Assembly: GCA_012515075.1 (NCBI GenBank)
Contig: JAAYZC010000002.1
Span: 70,048 to 134,047, forward strand
Source of the DNA: Thermoplasmatales archaeon
GTDB lineage: Archaea; Thermoplasmatota; Thermoplasmata; Methanomassiliicoccales; Methanomethylophilaceae
Direction of reading: 5' to 3'
DNA length: 64,000 nucleotides
A program made the position numbers and the translations under genes. Positions 9,604 through 19,300 of this stretch are shown one piece after another. The notes under the pieces were generated by a model. It was given only the letters and a program-made list of their open reading frames with translations, was not told where the DNA came from and did not search any database. Each line of letters begins with the position of its first letter. The stretch's first letter is position 1.

Positions 9604-10112
9604 TACCTGTACTGATATACGATAAGTGCCAGTGCGATCCCAGGAAGTGCACGGCAAAGAGGATGGTCAAATTCGGGCTGGGGAGGGATGTAGGGTCCCT
9701 GTCATCCATACCTTCGGGGTCCGTGGTTCTGTCGCCCTTCGCCGAGAGGGCCCTCTCTCCCGCGGACCGCAGGCACGCGTCACGCGGCCTGGTGGTGATG
9801 GACCTCACCTGGACCAACATAGAGGGCTTCCCCCGTCTAAGGAGGGCGGAGGAACGCGCGCTGCCGTATCTGCTGGCATCCAACCCGGTCAACTGGGGCC
9901 GGCCGATGGAGCTGAACAGCGCCGAGGCCGTGATGGCCGCGCTTTTCATACTGGGCGAGAGGGAGCAGGCGGAAAGCTTCCTCCCCAGGTTCAACTGGGC
10001 ACCGGAGTTCATGCGGCTCAACGGGTCCCTGCTCGAGGACTATTCCGGGGCACGGGATTCGGCGGAGGTGGTCAGGATACAGAACGAGTACATACGGGAC
10101 ATAACGGGCTGA
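9600..10112 (+). CDS. tsr3: 16S rRNA aminocarboxypropyltransferase Tsr3
   Basis: N-terminal YDKCQCDPRKCTAKR motif, plus LPYLLASNPVNWGRPMELNSAEA and FNWAPEFMRLN. 170 aa. Confidence 0.85.
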   Translation: MIPVLIYDKCQCDPRKCTAKRMVKFGLGRDVGSLSSIPSGSVVLSPFAERALSPADRRHASRGLVVMDLTWTNIEGFPRLRRAEERALPYLLASNPVNWGRPMELNSAEAVMAALFILGEREQAESFLPRFNWAPEFMRLNGSLLEDYSGARDSAEVVRIQNEYIRDITG

Positions 10113-10185
10113 GTCCCCCGCCGCACGGAGGCATCCGGGACCCTCCCCCGCGGCGACCGATACTTCTTTTATCATAATCCTCCTA

Positions 10186-10437
10186 TTGCCGGAGGTGCAG
10201 AGAGACGTCGCCCCGCTGATATGGGAGGCGCTGGGGGATCTAAGGATGACCACCGGCGAGATAGCCTCGGCCCTGGAGTCCATGTTCGGTTACCGGTGCC
10301 CGGACGACCTGGCCAAGACAATGACCAAGCTGAAGCGCCGGGGGCTGGTCAAGGGACAGGTGTCCATGGAGCACGGGGGATGGATATGGTGGGCCGACGA
10401 TGATTGCAGGGCCGCGGTCGGAGAGGATATGCGATGA
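10186..10437 (+). CDS. Small winged-helix (wHTH) protein, translationally coupled to mcm
   Basis: 83 aa with a TTG start 10-20 nt after the TATA-like TTTTATCATAA. wHTH-like IWEALGDLRMTTGEIASAL...LKRRGLV. Its stop overlaps the mcm ATG (ATGA at 10434). Confidence 0.55.
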   Translation: MPEVQRDVAPLIWEALGDLRMTTGEIASALESMFGYRCPDDLAKTMTKLKRRGLVKGQVSMEHGGWIWWADDDCRAAVGEDMR

Positions 10438-12536
10438 CAGTCAGTTTCCAGGACAATGAGGTATTGGCCGGATGGGAGGAGATCCTGAGCAAGGACAGCT
10501 ACCGCCTGATGATGGCGGAGATAGCGGACAACTACCCGGACAGGAAGAGCCTGGTGGTCCCCTACGACGACATAGATTCCTACAACACGGATCTGGCGAT
10601 GTTCATACTCGACAATCCCGACAAGGCCCTGTCCCTGGGGCAGAAGGCCGTAAGGAACGCCATGCCCCCCACATGGGACCCCAAGGACAACGTGAACCTG
10701 AGGATAGTCCGTCTTCCCCGGGATGCCAGGGTGGAGATACGCCATCTGAGGGCGAAGCACCTGGGCAAGATGGTCGCGGTGGAGGGGCTGGTCAGGAAGG
10801 CCACGTCGGTGAAGCCCCGTATGACATACGCCCTATTCAGGTGCGCCAGGTGCGGGGCGGAGATATGGGTTCCCCAGAGTGGCATGCTGCTCAAGGAACC
10901 CGTCATGTGCACCAACCCGGAAGGCAGCTGCAACAAGACCGCCACCCGTTTCATTCTAGAGGACAAATCCTCTCTATATATAGACACCCAGAAGGTGGAG
11001 ATACAGGAGAACCCCGAGGGCCTCAGGGGCGGTGCGCAGCCGGAGAGGCTGACGGGTTACATAGAGGACGACCTCGCCGGCAACACGACCCCTGGGAACA
11101 GGATAACGATCAACGGGATAATCCGCTCGGTGGAGAAACCCGAGCGCGACAAGACCACCGTCTTCGAGGTGTTCATGGATGTCGTGTCGGTGGAGTTCGA
11201 GCAGCACGAATACGACGAGCTGCAGATAACCGAGGAGGACGAGGAGAGGATCGTCGCGATGTCCAAGGACCCTCAGCTGTTCGACAACATCGTCAAATCG
11301 ATATCGCCCACCATATTCGGCCTGGACCAGGTGAAGCGGGCGATAGCCCTGCAGCTCTTCGGAGGTTGCCACAAGGAGATGGACGACAAGACCTCCATAA
11401 GAGGCGACATGCACATACTTCTGATCGGCGACCCCGGTGTCGCCAAATCGCAGCTGCTGAGATACATGAGCATGCTGGCACCCCGGGGAATATACGCCAG
11501 CGGCAAGTCGGCATCCGCCGCGGGGCTCACCGCCGCCGCGGTGAAGGACGATTTCGGGGACGGACGTTGGACCCTCGAGGCCGGCGCCCTTGTTCTTGCC
11601 GACAAAGGTCTCGCTTGCATAGACGAGCTGGACAAGATGACCACCCAGGACCGGTCCTCCCTGCATGAGGCGATGGAATCCCAGCGCATATCCGTGGCGA
11701 AGGCCGGCATCACCGCCACCCTGCAGTGCAGATGCTCCATGCTGGCGGCCGCCAACCCCAAATACGGCAGGTTCGAGGAGACAGACACCATAGCCAACCA
11801 GATAGACCTGCCCCCGGCCCTTATGTCCCGTTTCGATCTGATATTCGTCCTGACCGACAAACCGGAGAAGGAGAGGGACCGGGATATAACCGAGCACATA
11901 CTGAAGGCTCACCGCCGCGGACAGGTTAAGATGATGGGCGAGGGCGAGGTCATAGAGGGCATCGACGCGGAGATGATCAGGGCCCAGACGAACGATATAA
12001 AGCCCATCTACGACATAGACATAATGAGGAAGTACGTGGCATTCTCCAAGCGCATAACCCCCGTGATGACCGACGATGCCGTGAGGATAATACAGAACAG
12101 CTATCTCAAGACAAGGGCCACCGGCGAAGGGGACAACAAATCCGTCCCCATAACCGCCAGGCAGCTCGAGGCGTTCGTCCGCCTCTCCGAGGCCTCGGCA
12201 AGGATGCGTCTCAGCCACCTCGTGACGGACAGGGACGCCAACTACGCCGTGGACCTCGTGGAGTACTATCTGGAGATGATAGCCGGAAACGGGACGGGCC
12301 AGTTCGACATCGACAGGCTGGCGACGGGCATAGCCAAGAGGGACCGCGACTACATAGGCACGCTGAGGGGCATACTCAGCACCCTGGGGTCCGACGCCGG
12401 AATGTCGGTGGAGGAGATACTGCTTCATGCGGTCTCGGAGGGTCTGGAGGAGAAGGACGTCCGCAAGAGCCTCGAGAACATGAAGAAGGCAGGGGACGTG
12501 TACTGTCCCAAGCACGACCTGTACAGGCTGGCATGA
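10434..12536 (+). CDS. mcm: Replicative helicase MCM
   Basis: Zn motif CARCG...CTNPEGSC, Walker A GDPGVAKSQ, Walker B CIDELDKM and arginine finger SRFDLIF. About 700 aa, so there is no room for an intein. Confidence 0.95.
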   Translation: MTVSFQDNEVLAGWEEILSKDSYRLMMAEIADNYPDRKSLVVPYDDIDSYNTDLAMFILDNPDKALSLGQKAVRNAMPPTWDPKDNVNLRIVRLPRDARVEIRHLRAKHLGKMVAVEGLVRKATSVKPRMTYALFRCARCGAEIWVPQSGMLLKEPVMCTNPEGSCNKTATRFILEDKSSLYIDTQKVEIQENPEGLRGGAQPERLTGYIEDDLAGNTTPGNRITINGIIRSVEKPERDKTTVFEVFMDVVSVEFEQHEYDELQITEEDEERIVAMSKDPQLFDNIVKSISPTIFGLDQVKRAIALQLFGGCHKEMDDKTSIRGDMHILLIGDPGVAKSQLLRYMSMLAPRGIYASGKSASAAGLTAAAVKDDFGDGRWTLEAGALVLADKGLACIDELDKMTTQDRSSLHEAMESQRISVAKAGITATLQCRCSMLAAANPKYGRFEETDTIANQIDLPPALMSRFDLIFVLTDKPEKERDRDITEHILKAHRRGQVKMMGEGEVIEGIDAEMIRAQTNDIKPIYDIDIMRKYVAFSKRITPVMTDDAVRIIQNSYLKTRATGEGDNKSVPITARQLEAFVRLSEASARMRLSHLVTDRDANYAVDLVEYYLEMIAGNGTGQFDIDRLATGIAKRDRDYIGTLRGILSTLGSDAGMSVEEILLHAVSEGLEEKDVRKSLENMKKAGDVYCPKHDLYRLA

Positions 12537-12832
12537 AGATGATAGCGATACGCATTCACACTAGCAGAGGGGAGAGGATACTGGCCGCGGCCGACGAAGA
12601 GCTCCTGGGGCGCACCTTCAGGGAAGGCGACGCCAGGATCACGGTCTCGGAGACCTTCTACAGAGGCGAGGTCGTTCCCGAGGAGGTGCTGGCGGAACGC
12701 ATGAAATCCGTGACCATAATGAATCTGGTCGGGGAGCGCGCGGTCTCCGTGGGCATATCCGAGGGGCACGTCGCCGCGTGCTCCGTCGTAACGATAGGCG
12801 GAGTGATGCATGCCCAGGCGGTGAGGATGTGA
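12533..12832 (+). CDS. DUF424 family protein
   Basis: 99 aa with ILAAADEELLGRTFREGDARITVSETFYRGE and a C-terminal GVMHAQ, typical of this archaeal family. It has an ATGA overlap with the mcm stop. Confidence 0.7.
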   Translation: MKMIAIRIHTSRGERILAAADEELLGRTFREGDARITVSETFYRGEVVPEEVLAERMKSVTIMNLVGERAVSVGISEGHVAACSVVTIGGVMHAQAVRM

Positions 12833-13860
12833 ACTTCTGCGTCAGGTGCGGGAAGGACTGCGAGACGACGATAGACGGCCTGTGCACAGAATGCTTCCTG
12901 GACGGCCGCCGGATAATCAGGCTCCCGCACCACGTTGACATGGAGGTCTGCGCGAACTGCGGGGAGATCCGCCAAAGGGACAGCTGGGTAAGGAAGGACA
13001 TCAGAATCGCCGCCGAGGACGCCGCGGCCGCGTCCATCCTGGCCATACCCGAGGCCCGGGTAATTAGCGTAGGTACGCGCTCGGTGCAGCAGGACCCATC
13101 GAACTACGCCGTGACCGTCGATGTCATCGCGGACATTTCCGGCTTCGAATCCTCCGCCGAGGACATCACAACGGTCCGTGTCAAGAACACCGTATGTAAA
13201 AAATGCTCCCGCCAGCTGGGAAGCTATTACGAATCGATACTGCAGTTGCGCACGGGCGGGAAGGATGACATGCCGGCAGGACTCAAGAAAGAGGTCGCAT
13301 ACAGGGTCGAGAGGACGGTGGGGGAGCAGTCCCGCACGAACCGCCAGCTCTTCATAAGCAAGATCGGCGAGGTCCAGGGAGGAGTGGACATCTACCTCTC
13401 CTCGATAGCCCTGGGCCGGCAGATATCGAAGGAAATGGGCGACTACTACGGGGCCGAGACCAAGGAGTCCGCTTCCCTGGTGGGCGTGAACGCCACCGGC
13501 GAGGAGGTGTATCGCGTCACATACATGGTGAGGATACCCGAGTACCATCTCGGGGATGCAATAGAGTTCGAAGGCCGCATGTACAAGCTGTCCTCCCTTT
13601 CCAAGACAGGCGGGCGCGCGACAGACCTGCTGACCTTCAGAGAAAGGACAATCAGGAGGTCCGACCTTCTTTCCGTCAGGATACTTGTGAAGTACGAGGA
13701 CATATCGGATGCCACGGTGGTATCCGTCGGGAACGGGGAGATCCAGGTCCTGGATCCGCGCAACTACCGCACCGTGGACCTCCGTGTGCCCGAGGGCACG
13801 GAGCCGGGGGAGACCGTGCCTGTCGCGGACATAGACGGCGTCCTCTACTACATGCCCTGA
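12829..13860 (+). CDS. NMD3-related protein (ribosome biogenesis/export factor homologue)
   Basis: N-terminal double CxxC pairs (FCVRCG...CTEC, CANCG) and a later CKKC. GTG 12829 overlaps the DUF424 stop. The ORF-track start at 12778 is the alternative. Confidence 0.75.
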   Translation: MNFCVRCGKDCETTIDGLCTECFLDGRRIIRLPHHVDMEVCANCGEIRQRDSWVRKDIRIAAEDAAAASILAIPEARVISVGTRSVQQDPSNYAVTVDVIADISGFESSAEDITTVRVKNTVCKKCSRQLGSYYESILQLRTGGKDDMPAGLKKEVAYRVERTVGEQSRTNRQLFISKIGEVQGGVDIYLSSIALGRQISKEMGDYYGAETKESASLVGVNATGEEVYRVTYMVRIPEYHLGDAIEFEGRMYKLSSLSKTGGRATDLLTFRERTIRRSDLLSVRILVKYEDISDATVVSVGNGEIQVLDPRNYRTVDLRVPEGTEPGETVPVADIDGVLYYMP

Positions 13861-13897
13861 CCGCATCTTTTTGAAACCCTACGCGCTACCCCCTGCC

Positions 13898-14767
13898 ATG
13901 ATAAAGATGCCCGAATCGACGGAGGACGTGGTCGTGAAACTCCTCCGCTTGGCGAACACCAAGCTGCCTGCCGACGTTGGCTGGGCCCTGGAGGCCGCGG
14001 CCGGATGGGAGTCAGATCCCACGGCCTACTCCCAGCTGGGCGCCATAATGGACAACTCCCGGAAGGCGGAGTTCCTGGGACGGCCAATGTGCCAGGATAC
14101 GGGGTTGCCGGTCTTCTACGTGAGGGGAAAGTTCGACTCCTCCCTGGCCGGAGAGATCTCCAGGGGGCTGGCAAGGGCCACCCAGGAGATACCGCTGAGG
14201 CCGAACACCGTGGACCCGATCACAAGGGAGAATCACGGTGACAACCTGGGCGGGGGCATGCCCATAATCCATTACAAGCCAACGGACGATCCCTTCACCG
14301 AGATATCCGTGCTGCCCAAGGGGGCGGGCTCGGAGAACATGACCCGCCTGGGGATGCTGGATCCCGCCGAAGGGGTGGAAGGGGTGAAGAGGTTCGCAGT
14401 GGACGCCGTCCTGGACGCGGGAGGGCGCCCCTGCCCACCCGGCATCGTCGGGATAGGGATAGGTGGCACCTCGGACCTATGCGTCGCCATGGCCAAGGAG
14501 GCGCTGCTCCGGCCGGTGGATGTTCCCAACGAGGATCCCGCACTTGACAGGCTGGAGCAGGACATATTCGTCGCCCTGAACAGCAGCGGGCTGGGCCCCA
14601 TGGGTCTGGGGGGGTCCACGACCGTGCTAGGAGTCAGGATAAGGAGCGCGTACTGCCACACCGCCAGCCTTCCGGTGGCCGTGAACATAAGCTGCTGGGC
14701 CACCAGGAGGGCCACTGCCCGCATCACAGCCGAGGGTGTGGAGTACCACCAGGGGGCGGCACCGTGA
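13898..14767 (+). CDS. Fe-S type hydro-lyase alpha subunit (class I fumarate hydratase / tartrate dehydratase family)
   Basis: RPMCQDTGLPVFYV signature and GIGIGGTSD. ATG 13898 chosen. TTG 13871 is possible. Confidence 0.85.
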   Translation: MIKMPESTEDVVVKLLRLANTKLPADVGWALEAAAGWESDPTAYSQLGAIMDNSRKAEFLGRPMCQDTGLPVFYVRGKFDSSLAGEISRGLARATQEIPLRPNTVDPITRENHGDNLGGGMPIIHYKPTDDPFTEISVLPKGAGSENMTRLGMLDPAEGVEGVKRFAVDAVLDAGGRPCPPGIVGIGIGGTSDLCVAMAKEALLRPVDVPNEDPALDRLEQDIFVALNSSGLGPMGLGGSTTVLGVRIRSAYCHTASLPVAVNISCWATRRATARITAEGVEYHQGAAP

Positions 14768-15324
14768 AGGTCATAGGCTCGCCTCTGGGAGAGAGGGACA
14801 TACGGTCCCTTAAGCTCGGCGAACAGGTGCTGTTCAACGGCGATATGATCACCGGAAGGGACGAGATGCACATCCGCGCCCTGTCTTTGGCCAGGGGGGG
14901 CGGGGACGTTCCCCGGGAGATCCTGGGGTCGGTTCTGTTCCACTGCGGTCCGATAATGAGGCGTTCAGGCGAAGGCTGGGAGGTCGTGGCCGCCGGCCCC
15001 ACCACCAGCTCACGCATGGACTCACTGGAGCCCGAGATGATAAGCAGGTTCGGCATAAGGGCGATAATAGGCAAGGGGGGCATGTCCCGGGAGGTCTCGG
15101 AGGCCATGGCCGCCACTGGTTGCGTGTACCTTGCGGCCACCGGGGGTGCCGCGGTATCCCTGGCCGAGGGCATAAAGAAGGTCACGGGCGTTGAATGGGA
15201 GGACCTGGGGATGGCCGAGGCCATGTGGAAGCTGAAGGCGGAGAGGTTCGGCCCCCTGACCGTTGCCATGGATTCGTCAGGCGGCAGCCTCTATGAGAAC
15301 GTCAGGCTTTCCCTGAGGCGCTGA
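14764..15324 (+). CDS. Fe-S type hydro-lyase beta subunit (class I fumarate hydratase / tartrate dehydratase family)
   Basis: 186 aa with a GTGA overlap with the alpha subunit. Motifs GRDEMHIRA, AAGPTTSSRMD and IIGKGGMS. Confidence 0.85.
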   Translation: MKVIGSPLGERDIRSLKLGEQVLFNGDMITGRDEMHIRALSLARGGGDVPREILGSVLFHCGPIMRRSGEGWEVVAAGPTTSSRMDSLEPEMISRFGIRAIIGKGGMSREVSEAMAATGCVYLAATGGAAVSLAEGIKKVTGVEWEDLGMAEAMWKLKAERFGPLTVAMDSSGGSLYENVRLSLRR

Positions 15325-16179
15325 TCACTCCTTTCCCCTCTCCTTATTGTCGTCCATCAGCTTTATCCCGGAGCCCCCTTTCTGGAGACGGCTGCGGTAT
15401 ATCAGTATCATGGCCAGCAGGGAGACGCCGAAAACGCACCCTATCACCATGAGGAAGTGGGGCAGGTCCATGCCGAAGTAGACTTTGTCGTCTATCACCG
15501 TCATGGTCACGTTCTTCGTGGTGACGCTGTCCCCCCGCACCTCTACCTCGCCCAGGTCAACATCCTCAAGGCCGGTGTGGGTGACGGTGAGATGATAGTT
15601 CCCGCTGATGCATCTCATGGAGTATCTTCCGGAGGAGTCCGTGGTAGCGGAGTAGGAGTTGTGGCCGTCGGTGATCTCCACCAGGGCCCCGGACACGGCG
15701 GCGCCGTTGCAGAAGACGACCCCCTCCAGCTGTCCGAAGGACTGGGACATGGTTATGTAATGGAGGTCGCCAGAACCGTACGTTAGGTCGTACGTCTTCG
15801 TGGACGAATCGTATCTGACGGCGTCCAGGCTGAGGGAGTATATCTCGCTGGCCGTGAGCGTCACATTGTCTATGCAAGGTGGCGCCCCGCTGAGGGCATA
15901 CCCCTCGAGGTCGAAGCTTATGTACAGTCCGGAGTTGCGCGGAGTCCCTATGCTGAACAGACCTCCGGAATCGGTGGACCCGATCCAAGACAGGCCCTCG
16001 GAGGTCGATATGGTAACGCCTACCCCCTCCAACGGCGTCCTTCCGTTGGAATCGACAATGTATCCCTGCACAGTGTAAGCATCGGCCGCCTCCGCCGTGT
16101 CGGCCAGAATGTCGGTTGCAGTCAATGTAAGGAAGAAAACCGCCACTAAGGACGCCAAGACTGTCAGCGAGGACCTCAT
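15325..16179 (-). CDS. Secreted/membrane-anchored protein with carboxypeptidase-regulatory-like (Ig-like beta-sandwich) repeats
   Basis: N-terminal signal peptide (MRSSLTVLASLVAVFFLTLTA) and a C-terminal TM helix followed by a basic tail. Two repeats match the pattern G.V.D..G.P..G..V (GYIVDSNGRTPLEGVGVTIS; GVVFCNGAAVSGALVEITDGHNSYSATTDSSGRY). Confidence 0.7.
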   Translation of the reverse strand: MRSSLTVLASLVAVFFLTLTATDILADTAEAADAYTVQGYIVDSNGRTPLEGVGVTISTSEGLSWIGSTDSGGLFSIGTPRNSGLYISFDLEGYALSGAPPCIDNVTLTASEIYSLSLDAVRYDSSTKTYDLTYGSGDLHYITMSQSFGQLEGVVFCNGAAVSGALVEITDGHNSYSATTDSSGRYSMRCISGNYHLTVTHTGLEDVDLGEVEVRGDSVTTKNVTMTVIDDKVYFGMDLPHFLMVIGCVFGVSLLAMILIYRSRLQKGGSGIKLMDDNKERGKE

Positions 16180-16367
16180 ATCCCCTTATAATCCATCTAG
16201 TTGATTTTATTGTTTCCGTACGTCAGGCGCTTTCAGCGGGGCGGGCGTGGCCCGTACACCCCGTCCGCTTGGTACACAAAGTAGATAACAGATGAAGGTT
16301 AGACGGGGAGGATTCCGGGGGCGAACGATTGCAGAGGGCTGATAGGACATACACCAAGGAAGAGGTA

Positions 16368-19300
16368 ATGGACCTGATGGAACCGCTGGTGTCCGCATGG
16401 TTCAGGGAGAGGTTCGACACCCTCACCGAGCCGCAGGCCCGGGCGGTGCCTGTTATACACGAGAGGAAGAACGTCCTCGTCTCGTCCCCCACCGGCTCCG
16501 GCAAGACCCTCACGGCCTTCACTAGCATAATCAACGAGCTGACCCGGTACGCGTCCGAGGGGAAGCTGGAGGAGAGGGTGTACTGCATATATATTTCGCC
16601 CCTCAAGGCCCTGGCTAATGACATAGAGCGCAACCTGAACACACCGCTGGCCGAGATGCGGGCGGTCGCCGAAGCCCACGGCATGAACATCCCCGACATA
16701 AGAGTGGCCGTCAGGTCCGGGGACACCCCTCCCAACGAGAGGCAGAAGATGCTGAGGCACCCACCTCACATACTCATAACCACACCGGAGTCCATGGCCC
16801 TTATCCTGGCGGCACCCAAGTTCAGGGAGAGGATAAGCCAGGTGGAGTGGGTGATCCTGGATGAGATACACGACATCTGCGACTCCAAGAGGGGGGCGTT
16901 CCTCTCGCTCACGCTGGAACGTCTGCGGGAGTTCTGCGAGAAGGACTTCACCCGCATAGGGCTCTCGGCAACGCTCGCCCCGATCGATGCGATAGCCGGG
17001 TTCCTGGCGGGGGTCGACCCCAAAGGTGAAACCCGCGACGTGACCCTGGTGGAGTCGGGCTCCAAGAAACAGCTGGACCTCAGGGTCATCTGTCCCACCG
17101 AGGATATGACGGCTCTCTCCTCCGACATCGTCAACTCCATGATGTACGACGAGCTCAAGGAGCTCATAGACACCCACGAGACGACCCTGGTGTTCACGAA
17201 CACGAGGTCCGGCGCCGAGAGCGTCGTATACAAGCTGAAGGAGCGCGGACTGGACAACGTGGAGGTGCACCACAGCTCGCTGGGAAGGGACATACGTCTC
17301 AACGTCGAGGAACGCCTCAAAAGGGGGGAGATCAAATGCGTGGTGTCCTCCACCTCCCTGGAGCTGGGCATCGACATAGGGTCGGTGGACCTGGTCTGTC
17401 AGATAGGGTCTCCCAAATCCGTGGCCAAAGGCCTCCAGAGGATAGGCAGGAGCGGCCACAGCATGGGCAAGGTCGCCAAGGGCCGCCTGCTCGTGTTCGA
17501 CCCCGACGATCTGGTGGAGTGCGCCGTGATGTGCCGTGCCGCCCACCGCAGCGACATAGACCGCGTGGGCATACCGGAGAACAGCCTGGATGTGCTCTCC
17601 CAGACCGTGGTGGGGATGAGTCTGGACAAGAGATGGGAGGTCGACAGGGCCTTCGCCGTGATCAAAGGGTCCTACTGCTACCGCAACCTCTCCATGGAGC
17701 GTTTCGTCAGCGTCCTGAAGTATCTGGGTAGCAAGGACGAGTTCGAAGGCGTCTATTCCAAGATATGGTACGATGAGGCGGAGGGCGTCTTCGGCAGGAA
17801 GAAAGGCTCCAGGATGATATACTACATGAACCTCGGGACGATCCCCGAGGAGGCCAACTACCGCGTTATAACCAATCATGGGAGCATCGCGGGGGAGCTC
17901 TCCGAGAAGTTCGTAGAGAGGCTCTCCCCCCGGGACATATTCGTTCTTGGGGGGAGGTCGTTCGAATTCGTCAGGTCCAAGGGCATGACGGCTTACGTGA
18001 AGGAGGCCACCGGAAGGAAGCCCACCGTGCCGTCCTGGGCCGGAGAGATGCTTCCAAGGTCCTTCGATCTGTCCGTCGATGTGGCAGAGTTCAGGAGGGA
18101 GATGGCCGGCCGTATGGATGACAGTCCGGCCAACATCAAGGCGCTCAGCGACGAGTTCGACATCGACGAGGGGTCGGCAAGGAGCCTGGTCTCGTATTTC
18201 AAGGAGCAGCAGGCGGTATGCGGTCTGATACCCGACGACAAGGTTCTGGCGGTGGAGGAGTACATAGACCCCTCCGGGAACCAGAGGCTGATCTTCCACT
18301 TCCCCTTCGGAAGGAGGGTCAACGACGCCCTTTCAAGAGGATATGCTTACAGGATATCCAACATAGTGGGGTCGAACGTCTCCGTCACGATGTCCGACGA
18401 CAACTTCATGATAGGGACCCCAAGGAAGGTGGACCCGGCGAAGATCCCGGGCCTTCTATCCTCCAATGACCTGGGGGGCATACTCAGGAAGGCCGTCAAG
18501 GACTCGGAGATATTCAAACTCAGATTCAGGCACACGGCGGCCAGGAGCTTCATGATACTTAGGAACTACATGGGCCGCCCCATATCGATAAACAGGCAGC
18601 AACTTCGCTCCACATATCTGCTGGAATCGCTGGCCGAGATGGAGGATTTCCCGGTGATAGAGGAGACCTACAGGGAGGTGCTGGAGGATGATATGGACAT
18701 AAAGAATGCCCGGTATATCCTCTCGCTCATAGAGAAAGGGGAGGTGGAGATGGTCCCCATACCTTTCAGCGGGACCCCTTCACCGTTCGCGCACAGCATA
18801 ATCCTCACGGGGTTCTCCGACATAGTCCTGATGGAGGACCGCTCCGCGCTCCTGCGGGAGCTTCACCGCAAGGTCCTGTACCGGGCGCTGGGTGATTCGG
18901 TCAGGGACTTCGAGTTCGAGGAGGACCAGGTGGTCCCCTATTTCAGAGAGAAGGCCGGTCGCATAACATGCAAAGAGGACATACCCCGGCTTCTGATGCG
19001 CACCGGGCCCCTCCAGGCCCTGAGGGAACGGGGCAGGAACATCTACTCCTACGCGGACGACGACAAGAAGACGGTGGACGGCTGGGTGAGGGAACTTTTG
19101 AAGGAGGGCAGCATAGGCACCGTCTTCCTGGACGAGCCCCACATAATGGCGGTGGCGGAGATCCGCCACTATGCAGCCGCGACCCGCAAGGAGAGGGAGC
19201 TCACGGAGACCGACGCCGCCGTCCTCGGATGCGTGGAGGGGCAGGTGGCACTCAGCGACATAACCGAGAGGCTCGGGATAAGCGAGGACGTCACCTTCCG

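Noticed and set aside
10113-10433. Replication origin next to mcm, or in the 40555-40846 spacer
   Set aside because: There is no orc1/cdc6 gene, no ORB-like repeated elements and no extended AT-rich unwinding region. The spacer before the wHTH-mcm unit is only ~70 bp.
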